Source: Oculina patagonica
Lineage: Eukaryota
DNA length: 64,000 nucleotides
Assembly (NCBI RefSeq): GCF_052425735.1
Contig: NC_135770.1
Coordinates: forward strand, 26,164,001 to 26,228,000
Direction of reading: 5' to 3'
Program-made: the position numbers and the translations under genes
Part shown: one piece after another, positions 23,475 to 36,800 of the stretch
How positions within the stretch are numbered: the stretch's first letter is position 1
Layout: every line of letters starts with the position of its first letter
Notes under the pieces: model-generated
Told to the model about the DNA's origin: nothing
The model's database searches: none
What the model saw: the letters and a program-made list of their open reading frames with translations, nothing else

Positions 23475-23778
23475 AAACTGCAACTGAACATATTTCAAGT
23501 CAATGCACAAAGTAATTTACCAAGGTTTAGTGGTTATAGGACCCGTTTTTCAAAGCTGGATTAAGCGATATAGTTAACAGCAAATTCAGTCTCATCCATT
23601 TTTATCCAGAGCTATTTTGTCTATTCGTTTCTGCTTCAATATATTTATTTTATTAATGACCTTGAAAAGCACTCTTATAGAAGAGAGTTGAAGCTTGGTT
23701 AGCTGTACGCCAGATAAGCTTCAATCTATCGGCTCTTTAACAACCGAGGCCAATTATCTACGTTAAGTATCAATAAAC

Positions 23779-25017
23779 CTCATCGGAATCGTCTTCTTTC
23801 GTCTTTTTTCGCCTACGGGCTCCACTCTGTGATGAGGGCTTCATCTCAGGAGACACAGGCGCGGGTTTTTCATCTCAAACAGACTCTCTTCGTCGTTTAG
23901 ATTTTTCTCTTCAATTGGATAAAAGGCAAATAATGGAGAACTCGTCTATTTCCTATCCGTGAACCACGGGTAGAATTGTTAGTTCAGAAAACTGCCTCAA
24001 TGAAACTTACCAGGCGATGCAATGACCATTGCCTCCAATACTTTTCCATACTATTTGTAAGTGGCATTAGAGAGAGTCCTGGGGGGAGGTACCAATCCCA
24101 TTTCTCAGCCCATTTTTTCCAAATCACACTTCCCAGTATTTAAATACCATTCCCACTAGCAGAATTCGAAAAAAAATCCGAGTGTTATACATACCAGCAA
24201 TGTTCTCTTCCAATCCGAAAAAGTATGCCTTCTAAATACTACCCAATAAAGACCCAAAAATTCACGAGGATTTTCGAAGATGTTCTGAAGACCATAGCCT
24301 GCAAGAAGTCTGTCATCCGACTTGTTAGTGTTCTTATCGTGCTTCCAAGCCTGTTCAGACGGATCATGCTCAGTGTTGTTTCAAGAGTGCTCTCTACCTC
24401 TTCTTCAAAGTCACTGTCACTGGTGCTAAAGCTGTCTAGCTGTTCGTTGTTAGGAGACTTTGGTGGCAAACTGACATCTTCATTAATGAACTAGGCGGCT
24501 TATTTTTCGCTTGGAACTCTTTTTATGCCTAGAAGTACGTTCAAAGTTACTGTTTGCAAGACTATTTCAGTTTCATATCAATTCAGAGGAAAAATGCCCG
24601 CTCTGTGCATTATGTTATCTTGTCTGACGGATGTACCTTGCAATTTAGACAACGTTGACACTCCAGCCTGCTCGTCTCTAGTGAGGCTGGAATCTGAATT
24701 TTAATGCGAGGTGAGGAAACTGTATGTGATGTTTGCAGTTTGTAATATGAATTTGAATGTGTGTACTACACTGCTGCCCGCTAATTAGAAACCTTTTTGA
24801 CTGCTTCGTCGACTGATGTGCCAAACATGACAGCATATTCATATAATACATGTTTCTCTTCCTCTAGAGAAGATAATGCAATAACAGCGAGCGCGTTGAT
24901 TTTCAAAGAACAGAACTTTTCTTTCACCTACAGCTCACTAGAACTTAAACAATAGGACTTCGCTTGCGCTTGAACGTGAAAAAATGCTTTTGGCCTTTTT
25001 GAGTGTACTCACCTTAA
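23779..25017 (-). pseudogene. Chain of exon-like segments with frameshifts (relic gene)
   Basis: AG/GT-bounded segments at 25013-25017, 24793-24863, 24637-24693, 24528-~24260, 24011-24050, ~23908-23779; protein-like translations, but no continuous frame. Confidence 0.35.
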
Positions 25018-26140
25018 CTGGGCCAGAAAAATATTTAATTTTGTTTCTTGTGAATTGATCTTGATTTCAAAACAGTGATTTTATTTAAGCGGCTATGAGC
25101 CTTTGTTCATAGCCATTAAATTCCAACATTGGTTTTTTTATTGTGTTGGGGCTCAGCAAGCGAGCTTCAGGATATAGCAGCACTGATTTATGTGTAGTTG
25201 AGATGTAGGGGGAAGGAAGGAAGTGTCTTTATTAATGGGTCTAGTAATGTTTATTACAGAAATCCGATTCCTCGAAATGAAAACATGATGTCCCCCACCA
25301 TCACAAAAGCCCGTGAATGACTTAATAACTTAAAAAAAAATCATCCATAGAGTCAAGTCTTGATATTGCGTCTCTTTTCACGCATTCCATTCCTGGATAA
25401 AGTTCAGATGATGCGAAATGCATTTCGTGCTAAAAGCATCTTAAGCTCTTGAAACAATAGCTTTCCCAGCTAAACGTTTTAAAAAGTATACAGTATCTTC
25501 ACCAGAGCTCTAAACAAACAGTCAGTTGTATCTAATATATTTTCAAACAGTAATTTTATTTAGTGGTGCCTCATTATTGAGTGGGTTTTTATTCAAACTT
25601 AAATAATGGTAATAGTTTTTTAGTTTACCTACATTTACCTACAATTAACGTGGAACTACTTCGAAATAACAAAACTCCGTTATATGCAATAGTGAAAACT
25701 TGGTGATGGTTTATATATATAAAGTATGAGCTCTACAACATAGTGGTTTAACCAGAAAGTGTGCTAAACAAGTGTAGAGTCAAACTCAGCCTAAAAAATT
25801 AATAAAAAAAATATGCTTCGTCGCTGTGCTCTTAGTAATTTTTAACTGCTCGGCTTTATTCACTAGTTCGGTACTTCAATTTAATGAAATGAAATACCCA
25901 GTCAATGATTAATCAAAACTACAAAAAGATGATTTCTATTAATTAGCTTTGAAGCGGCTAACGACTCGTAGACGGGTTGCTTACTTCTAACATAGAATAT
26001 CAAGATACATCTATAGTGTGTGGATAAAGGAAAAACTGTTCAACTGGAATGGAAAATTTTGCACTGCCCCACAGCCACCTTGCGAAGTAAAGTATTTATT
26101 GGATGCATATTTAAACAAGCAGAGACCCGTAGTTAGCTAA

Positions 26141-26588
26141 GCGCGCGCTTTTTATTCACAATTCTGGAATGAGAGTGGACAGAATGTAAAATGCGCGCGT
26201 TTTTCTATTACGCATTCCTATTCCGGAATGGACAGAACGCCATTCCATTCATTCTGCTTCCAGGGGCAGAATGAACAGAATGTTGGGAATGAAATCCAAG
26301 ATGGCGGACGACATAGCCGTTGATTCGAGGGATGTGTCTCCTATCCTTTGTGAATAGTACTACCAGAACATTCGACAAATACATGACAGACCCCATACTT
26401 TCTTCCTCCTCTTTATTAAGTAGAAAAATTGCAGTGATAATGGCTGCAATAGTAGCTTCCTCGCCAGCCGCCATATTTGTTACGCAATGTTTACTCGTGG
26501 GCGTCTTTTAATGCAGGCAATCCAAACTATTCGTAGCATTCTGTATCAACTATTCTTATTACAGAATTGTGGTTTAAAAAACGCGCCC
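26141..26588. mobile_element. Internally deleted PIF/Harbinger element
   Basis: TAA at 26138-40 and 26589-91 (TSD). TIR gcgcgcgctttttattcacaattct vs gggcgcgtttttaaaccacaattct. Internal ORF MAAGEE..RRHIPRINGYV resembles a Harbinger transposase N-terminus (recalled, unverified). Confidence 0.78.
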
Positions 26589-26607
26589 TAAATTTCCGTT
26601 AAAAGTT

Positions 26608-27845
26608 TTACAAGTGGCTTTTTTCTCCTTTGTTCTTTTGACCAAACAAGAACGTTTTAATAAAATCTCCCATACCAAAAGCTTCCTGGATTTTTTCTTC
26701 GTCCTCTTTTACGTCATGTAAATTTATATCAAGAATCGATACAAAAATATTGACGAGAAGAACTGCAAGTGTGAGCATGAAACTGGCTGTAAAAAGCGAA
26801 CCTAAAAGTCTATTAATATCATTAATCTCTACAACGTGAATTGTGTTGCCTAGCGACAGTTCAAACTCGGACGCGAACGAGCGAGCAAATGATGAAAAGG
26901 AAAACACAGAGCTTCCAAAAGCTATGAAGGCAAAATGGGCATGTGCAACAAACAGTATGCCGAAGAGAGCACAAAATGAAAATATGTCATGTCTCGCCGT
27001 AACCATCGTCCACGCTAAGATTTGCACATGCGGATTAAGGCGAATAAAATGAAGAATTTTAAAGGTGGCAATAAACAGAGCAAGAGAAAGAGCAGCGTTT
27101 TCAACTTCAGTCCAAAAAACTGCAAACTGAAAGCTCACTGTCACGAAAGGGTTTTTTCTAAGTTCTTGAATGCTATCATGCATAAACTTTACCTTAATGA
27201 TATAGAACACAATGGCAAGTGAGGCACTCATAATTTGTCCAATATCTACCCAGTTCCATACACGTTTGAAAAAATCACACCGCTGACGGCATAATCTCAT
27301 CAAAAGGATAACGACATACGCTAATACTATCAACATAAACAGCAATTGGCACGTTAGATAAAAACTGTAAGAAAGATTTCCAAAATTAAATATTTTTATC
27401 GTGTCAATTTTTTCATACGTTAGCCCAAATCCATTTGGGAGAACCTCATAGTGGTATGTTACAATGCTCATTAAATTAGTGTTCAAGTTTAAGACTTGAA
27501 ATTCAAGTAGAATGGCCCTTGTTCTTCTGTCAATCCAGTCCTTGTCTTTGACGCCTTCCATCATGCGGATAGCAGTCGGTTTATCGTACCCAAGATCGAG
27601 GACATATCCGCCACCGTCATATATATGGTGCTGTGCCCATGAAGGGAAGTTATTGAGCTCCTCTGGCGATGAATAACGCCATGGCATGGGACAGAGTTGA
27701 GTAAGGTTAGCCCATCCGTGCTGCGCGTCTGACAGATGAATCCAATGTGGGAGATACAGACGAGTTGTATCTTCTTCTGACATCGAGTAGAAGTCGTAGC
27801 ACTTGTCAATGATCGTCTCAAACTCTTTCACGACTCGGCATGATT
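26608..27845 (-). CDS. Gene B last exon: TOP domain and polycystin channel
   Basis: [24 protein letters not shown]; WNWVD; [11 protein letters not shown]; NIFVSILD. Confidence 0.93.
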
Positions 27846-30800
27846 CTGTATGACAACAAGTGCATGAAAAATGGTTAACATTCTTCAGTCAAAGCATCTA
27901 TAGGAGATGTTTTACAATATTTTAAACAACATTTTAAAAAAATGTTTTTACCGCAACATTACATCCACCCAGGTACACGATAAATAGGAGCCAGTAGTGC
28001 TGAACGAACATCTAAATAATACTTTGAATGAAGATGTTCTGTTTTACCATGTCGTAAAGGACCTTTAAAAGGATATTTGTTTAACCTGACACAAAGTAAC
28101 AAAAAATGCAGAACGTTTTGACCATAAAATCTAATAACCTGAATTTGCGAGCTGTTCCGTTTTGCCTTTCTGAAAAACTTAGATGAACTTTTTCCCATTC
28201 TCAAAGTGATATTTAACCACCCCGAATTAAAACAACAGTCATTGAGAAATTTCATTTCTATTCTGAGAGGATCCTGAGGGTGCCCAAACACAACATGTGC
28301 ACGTTATTTACCTTCCTGTATCCTCAGCTGTCGGAGGCGTGGCATTCCAACAAGCATTGACATTTTATTGCCAATGTATTCTGGCGTTTGTTCCCACTGT
28401 CCATTGTACCACTCACCGGCATACGCGTCATGAATAAACTTACCCAACATGTAAATCCAAAGTTTTTCGCCCGTGTTTACCTGAAAGAGAAATATGTGCT
28501 AACAACCAATTGGAAAAGGACCATTCAGTGGTGTAAAGGTGTTTCTTTTTTCGTGATACTTCACTTTGGTGAAAGGCAATATTCTTGGTGTAATTCCTTT
28601 TCATCAGAGTTATGGTAATGGTAATGCCAGGAGTAGAATTGTCGAAATTGAAGGACTAGTTATCAGAATTTTCTCGTGAATATTCCTGTATAACGATCGG
28701 TATCTCTTTGGATGTAAAATAAAATTGACAAACGATCATAGTAATACGTTTAACTATTCACAAAAGCCAATTAAGAACAAAGCCTGAGAAAAAATAATAT
28801 AAAGATTTAGGCAAGCCTAAAAGCGGAGCTCCCCAGTTAATTATTTTGCACTTTTTTGAACTCTGAATTCTGGCCATTGTAAAACTTTAAGGCTGAGAAT
28901 TTTATATTCGTTTTATTTTTTTAACAAATAATAATTAATATTTTTCCTTATTTCTTTTTACCGTGTCCGGGGTTGAGGGGGGGGGGGGGGTACTCCCTAA
29001 ATACTATGGGGGTGTACCGCTGAGACCTGACCGTCCAGAGACAAAAGGTCAATTGCGACCCGTTCCAGACAAACACTGCAAAGTAGTACCCTGTCCAGCA
29101 AATCACAATGGAAATTAAACACAAGCGTACACACAAGCCCACTTGACTCACTGGGGAAAAAGACGACAAGCAACTTAATAGTGTTTAATCAGGATTGGGA
29201 AAACAATCAACCCGTTCCAGAGTCAAAAGGGTGATTGTATACCCTTCAGAGCGAAGGCAAAAAGGCATACCCAGTTGAGTGGCACATACCCGTATAGCTC
29301 TTATAGGGAGTACCACCCCCCTCAGGGTACCGTACAGCAACACAAATAAGAGAACAAACAAAATCAATCAAAATTATTTCCACCGAAAGCTTCAAGAAGT
29401 CTGAAGGAATTATGTTGCAAAACGGGATTACCCAGTAGAAAAAAGGAGGGAGGAGAGGGGAGTCGGGGTGAAGGCACCCAGGAAAGTACAAAAAAAAAAA
29501 TCACAACATAGATAGAAACCATAATTCATCACCTTCATTCTACATCCTAATAATGAAGGAAAGGAGAGAGCAAGACAGAGCCCAAGCTACCAAGCAAACG
29601 AGAAAAGAAAGCAACCGAAGCAAACAGAGAAAAAGCACGCGAGCAAACAGGGGGAACCTAACTCAGAAAAAAGAGTGACATCTTCACCACCGAAAGGGTC
29701 CCCCACCCCCCCCCAAAGCCCCCCCCTCCCAACAGAAAAAAAGAATAATCAGTTAACCCAGAAAAAATAGATTCTATAGAAATACCAATACCTATTTTCC
29801 CTGATATCACAAGGAGCAGCGACACTGGCACACAAAAACCAAAAACTCTCTCCACACCCCCAAAGAGACTAAGCGCGACACATGTGCACCAGTCAAAAAA
29901 AAAGCTTACTACCACCACTCCCGGACACCATCCCCAAAAACATTTGCAGCCACCAGCCCTCCCTATTCCTTTCTTTTTTGTCTTGGCACCAACCTGCCTC
30001 ATTACCCTAAAAAAGCCACAAAAAGCAACAATAGTAAAACATCTCGAGTGAAGCCACCACAAAGACAAAAAAGGAAGCACAGTCAAACTCAAAGACGCCA
30101 AATCCTAACACCCCCCTAAAAGCCCCCCCCCCCCAGCTGGATGACACAGGGAAAGAAATCCCAGTGTGAGAAAGAAAGGAGAAAGAAAAGAAGAAGCGAA
30201 GACTTTGCGCCGCAGAGGAAGAGGCAGCGGGCAACAAGAAGACCACCACAAGCGGCCAACCAAGCCCGAAGGGGACCCCCAAGGGGGAAAAAGAAAAGAG
30301 AGAGGAAAAAAGCGGCGTCGCGAAGAAAAAAAAAAAGAAAAAGGCAAGAGGGAAGCACCAGGGAGCGGCCGGCCGCGAGAAAACCACACACCGACCAGCG
30401 ACACCCCCCAGTGAGAGCGAGGGGGAGGTCAGCCGCGCGACCCCGCCGCCCCACTGTGCCATTCGGATCCCCGAGCCCTACGTTGCACCAGAGGTAAGCG
30501 AGACGAAGAAACCCCGGCTGGCCCAAGGAGGGTGCGCGGAGTGCAGGGCAAAGCGACGAAGCCCGCGAGAAGGCGGGGACAGCTGAAGAAAAAAGGAGTC
30601 CAAAGAAGTCGAACCACAGAAAAAGCGCTGGCACGGGAGTGCCTCAGGGGGACAAAAGAGGGGACAAAACTAAGTCCCCCGAGAGGGCCGAGAGCAGGAC
30701 CACACAGCACCACGCTGCGCAGGGCAAATTCACCCCCACGAAGGAGAGAAGATGTCTCCCCGCCCCCCCTGCCTGGGTTGCCTTGGGACTCCCCTCCCCC

Positions 30801-33800
30801 TCCCCGAGAGTCTGGCGGGGCGCGACGCAAAACCGGCCTCCGGGTTTACAAAAATTCTCTCGTACCCGCATTACCCATGGTGCCCGCTCCGCGCGCTGGC
30901 GCGCGCTGAGGAGCTCCGCTATAATTTACTGTTTACAAGAAAAGGAATCTCCATAACACTGTAACATAGCTTGTTACCAACCATTCCCATGAAACGTACA
31001 TTCGGTTGTCTCTGTATGACCGGCTATTGAACATGCATTAAATATCCCATTAATGGGAATTATAAACACAAGGGCCGACCGATTTTTATCAGGACAGTTA
31101 GAGCATCTTGCATTTTGTTTATCACAGACGCATAAAATCGCTATGATCTGCACAAACCTTGTAAAAGAAGGCGAAGCTATCACGAGTGCCTTTATTCATC
31201 AGATATCTGTGATGATCTTTGTCCCCATACGTTACTGTCATTAGCATAACATAGAAGACCATAAAGGCACCAAACTGCCGGGCAAACCTAAAAAATGTCG
31301 CTTTCTGTAATTCATAGGCACGCAGTTCCTTCATATCCTCTGCAAACGATGATCCATCATTTCCATTGATCTTCTCCGGAGACTTGGGCCTACTGAAGAT
31401 TATAATCAGCAAAAGAGTAAAGAATAAAACTTTGCACGGTTGCCAGACAAAAACATCCTTGACACAGGAGACAGCTACAGAAGCAAGCCATTGATCTGCA
31501 ATTTCTTTCCCCCATTGAAGGCTATAAAATACTGTAAAGGTGGCAGAAGACCCTATCGCCGCAATACAGAGCAACCAACCGAGATACACAAAGGCATGTG
31601 GTAACAAAAATGGTTTCTTTTCCCCTTTAGCCGAGGAAGCGTTGTCTTCTTCGTTCTCGTCACTCGTTTTAGCTTTTCTGCGACGGAATAATAGAGTTAT
31701 CAAAACACTTGCTGGGGCAACAATCAACGAACTCTGAAGACCAATAATTACTTGACGTAATGACATCTTCAATGGTCCAATCTGAATCACTTCGTCTGAA
31801 ACTCCAGTCACCTGATAAAACATGGCGTTACATATCATCGCCAGATATAAAAAAGATAAGCAACACGAGGCTCGCTGGACACGTGTAAATGGATTGCGTG
31901 GTGGTCTGGTAACGACAGAGGCCCAAAGATGATAATCTGCCAGGTCTGTTGAAGAGACGGAGTAAAACATGTTTTTTAATCCAGGACCGTGTTGATTTGG
32001 ATCATTGGACATCAGAGTAACCTTGGTCGATCCGTCACCTTTGTGAAGAGCGAGCCAATTGTGGTGGAAGAAATCCCACTTCTCGCCTGTACTTTTATCA
32101 ACAATGCGAACTTGATCCAGAAACCATGAAGAATTCTTCCCAGAATTATCGTGCCACATTTCTATCTTAACTATACTTCCGAGCGAATTCTCAAGATGGA
32201 AAATAAACCTGTCGATGCTGCCTCTTCCAAACATTTTTCTTCCTGGTGGAGAGCTTCCAGTTAAATTCACAGCCTCTACAATGCCTTCGGTGCCGAAGAT
32301 TTTAATGAACACGCTAGCCGTCGACCCAGCATTTCGCCAAACGCCCGTACTTATAGTCACGTCATACTTGCACATGCCATTACCGGTGGGTTTGACGTGT
32401 ACAGCTGGACCCAGCTACCAGGAGGGGAAAAAATTCACATTTAATAACTCTACAATGTCGTTCGTTAATGCTATTCCAATGACATGTATTTTGCCAATAG
32501 TTCAGGCGAAATTACATGAAACGTACTGGGCGCAACATATTACATGCAATAGTATCGATGCTCCGTAAGTAGCAAATCAAACCGTTAAAGGAGCTACGTC
32601 ACAGACATTTTGCAGATTTTTGGTCTTAACTGTTCTGAAGTAGGTGGCAGGTTAACTCATGAAAAACATTATCTTTGAAAATATAAATGAAACTTCAGCT
32701 ATAAAAGCGATATTTTGAAGACGCACGGAAACAACTTGAAACGTTTAGCCTTTTTGCAATCCATTCCCATCCTAGCCATAAACGTTAGCAGTTTTAGTAC
32801 TCTAATAAAGCAATTTGTAGCAAAACCGCTCCATTATTTTTAGGTTTCCTACGACAGAAATAAAAATGTTGGTTCAAATATCTGATAACCTTTTAAAATC
32901 CGTGAAGGAACTCCGTTAACTTAACTTGAGATTAGAAACAATGAAAATGCAGATGAAACAAGTGATGGCTTGATAATTGTTTTAGATGAACCACATTATT
33001 ATTACACTTATTATAAAGGTATTATATTTTAGTTCGCTGTCTGATGTAATAAGAATTATTTTCAATAAGATATTTTTGTTGTTTTCTTCTCTATACATGT
33101 TAATAACGTTTTTTTTAATTTTATTACGATGGATCGAGTGGCACATGGTACACGTACCTTTCTTTCGTCTAGCATATCAGCTTTCCTTGCCCAGATTAAC
33201 ACCAAGAGATAGACGCCAAAAATGGAACAGACCGTTGCAAGAACCACGTAATTCCCAGTTTCTCCAAGTCTGGAGAATTCTGTAATCACTTTGTCGAAGT
33301 CGATCGGATTTGGTGCAATAAGAAAGCCGCCACCAAATGATGTGAGATGATTACATCGGCACTGGAGTTGTTCGTCATCCGTGTCATCTCCAACCTAAAT
33401 AAAAACACACAAAAGTTCCAAGAGTTTGAACATTCTATAAATCGTACGGGCCAAAACGTATCAGTCGATGGTTTTTGTGATGATATATGCTACAGGCTCA
33501 GCAGTTTGGTAACGTAAACCGAAGGTTTCTTTCGTTTAATTAAGTCTCTTCATCGTGACCTGTTGGTCAGATCTGTTTGTTTTTTTGTTTGTTTGTTTGT
33601 TTGTTTTCCTTAATTGATTTGGCATAACTCTAGCACACCAAAAACCCCTTCTTTTTTATTTCTCACTTGAGCCTTGCAAAGAAACTCGCACTCAAGTTGT
33701 CGTGATCGGCATGTCATTTACCAGCACTAGCTTTTCTTAATACTAGAGGATGTAAGGTGAACTCAAATTATTTTATTTACGCTCCTTGGTTAATGTTCAA

Positions 33801-36800
33801 GTGGAAACTAAGACTACAGACCCTGTGTCGCATAAAAACTGTGGGTTTAATTTGTTGTAGATGATACAACAATGCATCATCAATTTCATTCCGTGTTATT
33901 TGGTATTTAAATACGACAACAGTCAAACGACATCAGATGAAAGCCAAGCAAAGGCGTAAGAACTCTTGAAATACTTGGTTCGTAATAGTGGTATTCTCAT
34001 CTGTCCATCTTAATATTTTGTGGCATTATTGTTTCCCATGCACAATACTGACCATAAGTATAGGTGAAGTTGTTTTACGTGGTTCAAGAAATAATTGTAT
34101 ATTTTTTACTAAAGTTATGCATTTCCACTCCCCTTTATATGCTTGACCTACACAATCTGCACCTTATCGTCTTAAGGTGACGCATGAAGAACACGGCTAT
34201 TTTTTCATTCCTCAAATATTACCCTATTTCAGAATAAAACAGCTTAGAATGCTTGCGTTTTAAAAGCCGCGTTGTTTAACCATGCAGCTTACATAGGGTA
34301 GTCACATTTTCTGGCGATCGCTGGCGATAGCTCATTCGATTGCCAACTTTTCTACAAACGTTAAAAAAAGTTTATGTCTGCTGCTCTAGTTTTTGTTACA
34401 ATCTTTAACTAAACTGATTAAGTATTTGATTTTTTTTTCGCGGAGAGTAAGCATGTGGTTGGCGTGGGAAGAATTCCAGGATCAAAGAACAGAATACGGA
34501 GCAAGCAATCTAATGACATTTTAGCATGATCCAATCTTCAACTCCATGAAAATGTATTTATTTTGATGCTTCGTGGCCTCAAAAAAACCGAGCGTTCACT
34601 CTTAAGGGCCTTGTATTAAGGGTGCGGCCCGTTCAGCCAATCAGATTGCAAGTTTTCCTATAAATCAGCCACTGTCTTATGCTTGATTTTAATAGAGTGA
34701 CCATGTTTTATAAGCTTCAAAGTTCTGGCAGACAGGTTTAGTCAAAAACAAAAGCATCATTTTTATGATTCATTTGTAACAAACGTTATTTACTCACCTT
34801 ACAACCATCTTTACTCCACTGGTCCTGCGTCAGTGAAAAGTAGTAGCAGCTGTATTTCTTAACCTTGACGCTGTAGTTCTGATCAGTAGTAGGATTAAAA
34901 ATCAATGTTCTGTTGTACACTGTTCCTTTCACTGGAGGTGGCTTTGGTTCAACACAATCCCTTTTCTGTCTTCTTCTTCCAAAGCACGAACGTCTAACTC
35001 GAGTATGATTCAGCTGACTACGTTCCACGTACAGCACTCCGACATAATACAAACCTGTCTGGTTAAAGTCCTCAGTGGTCATAATCTCGTATGGACTCCT
35101 CGAGCACTTTGCTGCCAATTGACCACTTACGTTGATCCAGTTACAAGAGGAGTAGTCTGGTACAATGGCGGTATAATTGTAGCTGTTCACAGTTGGGCGT
35201 TCTCCAAATTTAACATACACTATCATTACAAGACTGCGGTTTACTGGTTTCACCTCAAGTATCATAGAATCAGAAATATCGGTGAGTAACACCGTGTGGT
35301 ATCGCATCATGAGTGGTCTGACAAAGAAGTTATTCAGTGAAGAGTTTCCAGAATTAAGTGGTATTTTGATGTCGATATCTATGTTGCTTCCTCCAACGGG
35401 TAAAATTTCCCCTTTACTGTCTGTGAATTCAAGACTCAGTATTTCTGACTTTACTTTTTGGTGGCTTTCATGCCACCGGTATGGATTAAAATCCGTACGG
35501 ATCATCTGTAAAAAATTCAACATTCATAAAAATTAATTAATTGATTAATTACTTAATCAATTCATTAATAACAAAATAAAAAACTATATTATTCACAGTA
35601 GTAACTAAAACATAAATATCAACTGTGTAAGCCTCGGCTGCGTCAGCAAGTGAAAGCGTAGAAAGCAGCTCTGAATGAAATACATACCTGTTTTGCAGGC
35701 TAATAATGTTTGATCTATTAGCTGTGTTTCGATTTCTGGAACGCTTACACAATTCGGTCAAGTCGAAATAATTGATCTTAGCTTTAATTACTGGAGAGAA
35801 AAGCATGCCGAACGTTAGAGCGGCAGAATACGAGAGCATTGACAGAGCAATCTATTTTTTTTTATCCTCTTCCGTTTTGCTACATAATAAGGTATAATTT
35901 GTTTAAAAGATCATACTTACATGATATTCAGCTTCTTCCAAGCGTGTATTGTTAAACCCTTCTCTCATATTTTGTGGTAGTACAAAACTCTGGCCCTCTG
36001 ACATGTTTAAACTTTTTTCTTCAAGTCCACATTTGGTATCGCGACCCAGCATGACATCCATGCCAGGGACCTGTAGCCTTTTGGGAGACTGAGATACCGC
36101 TGATCTTATTGCTACAGTATGGAGTAGCGTTCTAATAATGCCCATTGATTCCAGGACAATGTCTCTTGCCTGGAAAAATAAAAAACGAATTTAACTCAAA
36201 TGCTCGCAAAGGTCACCCACAAAATTATTGTATATAACTATTATTACTTATGGTGTCCTGACCCACCAATGCCAGGTGCATAAATGGGTACCGTCGAATG
36301 TAATGCTGGGTGTTAACCCTGCGATGGACAAGCATCCCATTCAGGGGGGAGGGAGTAGATATACTTCTAGTCGCTTCATGCTACTGAAACCGGGACAATC
36401 TGTGGCATGTTAGGCCATCATTCTCGAACGCAGACTTAACCTACTTATGATGGCCTACCTTTAGTTGGTCGGCAGTCATAGCTAAACGGTCCCCAGGCAC
36501 TGCCGCCGCTACGTCTGAAGAGACCCTTAGCAGCTCAACTGTTCCATAAAGTAAGTTATAAACTCCTTGGAAAATAAACTTTTCATCTTTGGCGTTCATA
36601 TTCTTGGCGTTAGAAAGCAGTATATCAGTAATGTTTCTTAATATTTTCGGGAGAATTTCCTGCAAACAATTAATATCAATTATTAGTATAAATCTACTAG
36701 CGTTCTATCACGAATGCTGTTCTCTGATTGGCTACGCTACTCACTATCTATTCTGTTGTAGAAGGTGAGTAGCGAAACAGCGTGCGGTTGTCAACAGAAT

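Noticed and set aside
26208-26474. 88-aa ORF as an independent gene
   Set aside because: It lies wholly within a TIR/TSD-bounded Harbinger derivative.
29658-30964. Cluster of overlapping 70-170 aa ORFs on both strands
   Set aside because: Low-complexity Arg/Lys/Gly or Phe/Leu/Ser translations caused by T depletion (few stop codons); no domain signal.
8197-32568. Many antisense or alternate-frame ORFs overlapping real exons
   Set aside because: They are shadows of the coding strand with no independent motifs.
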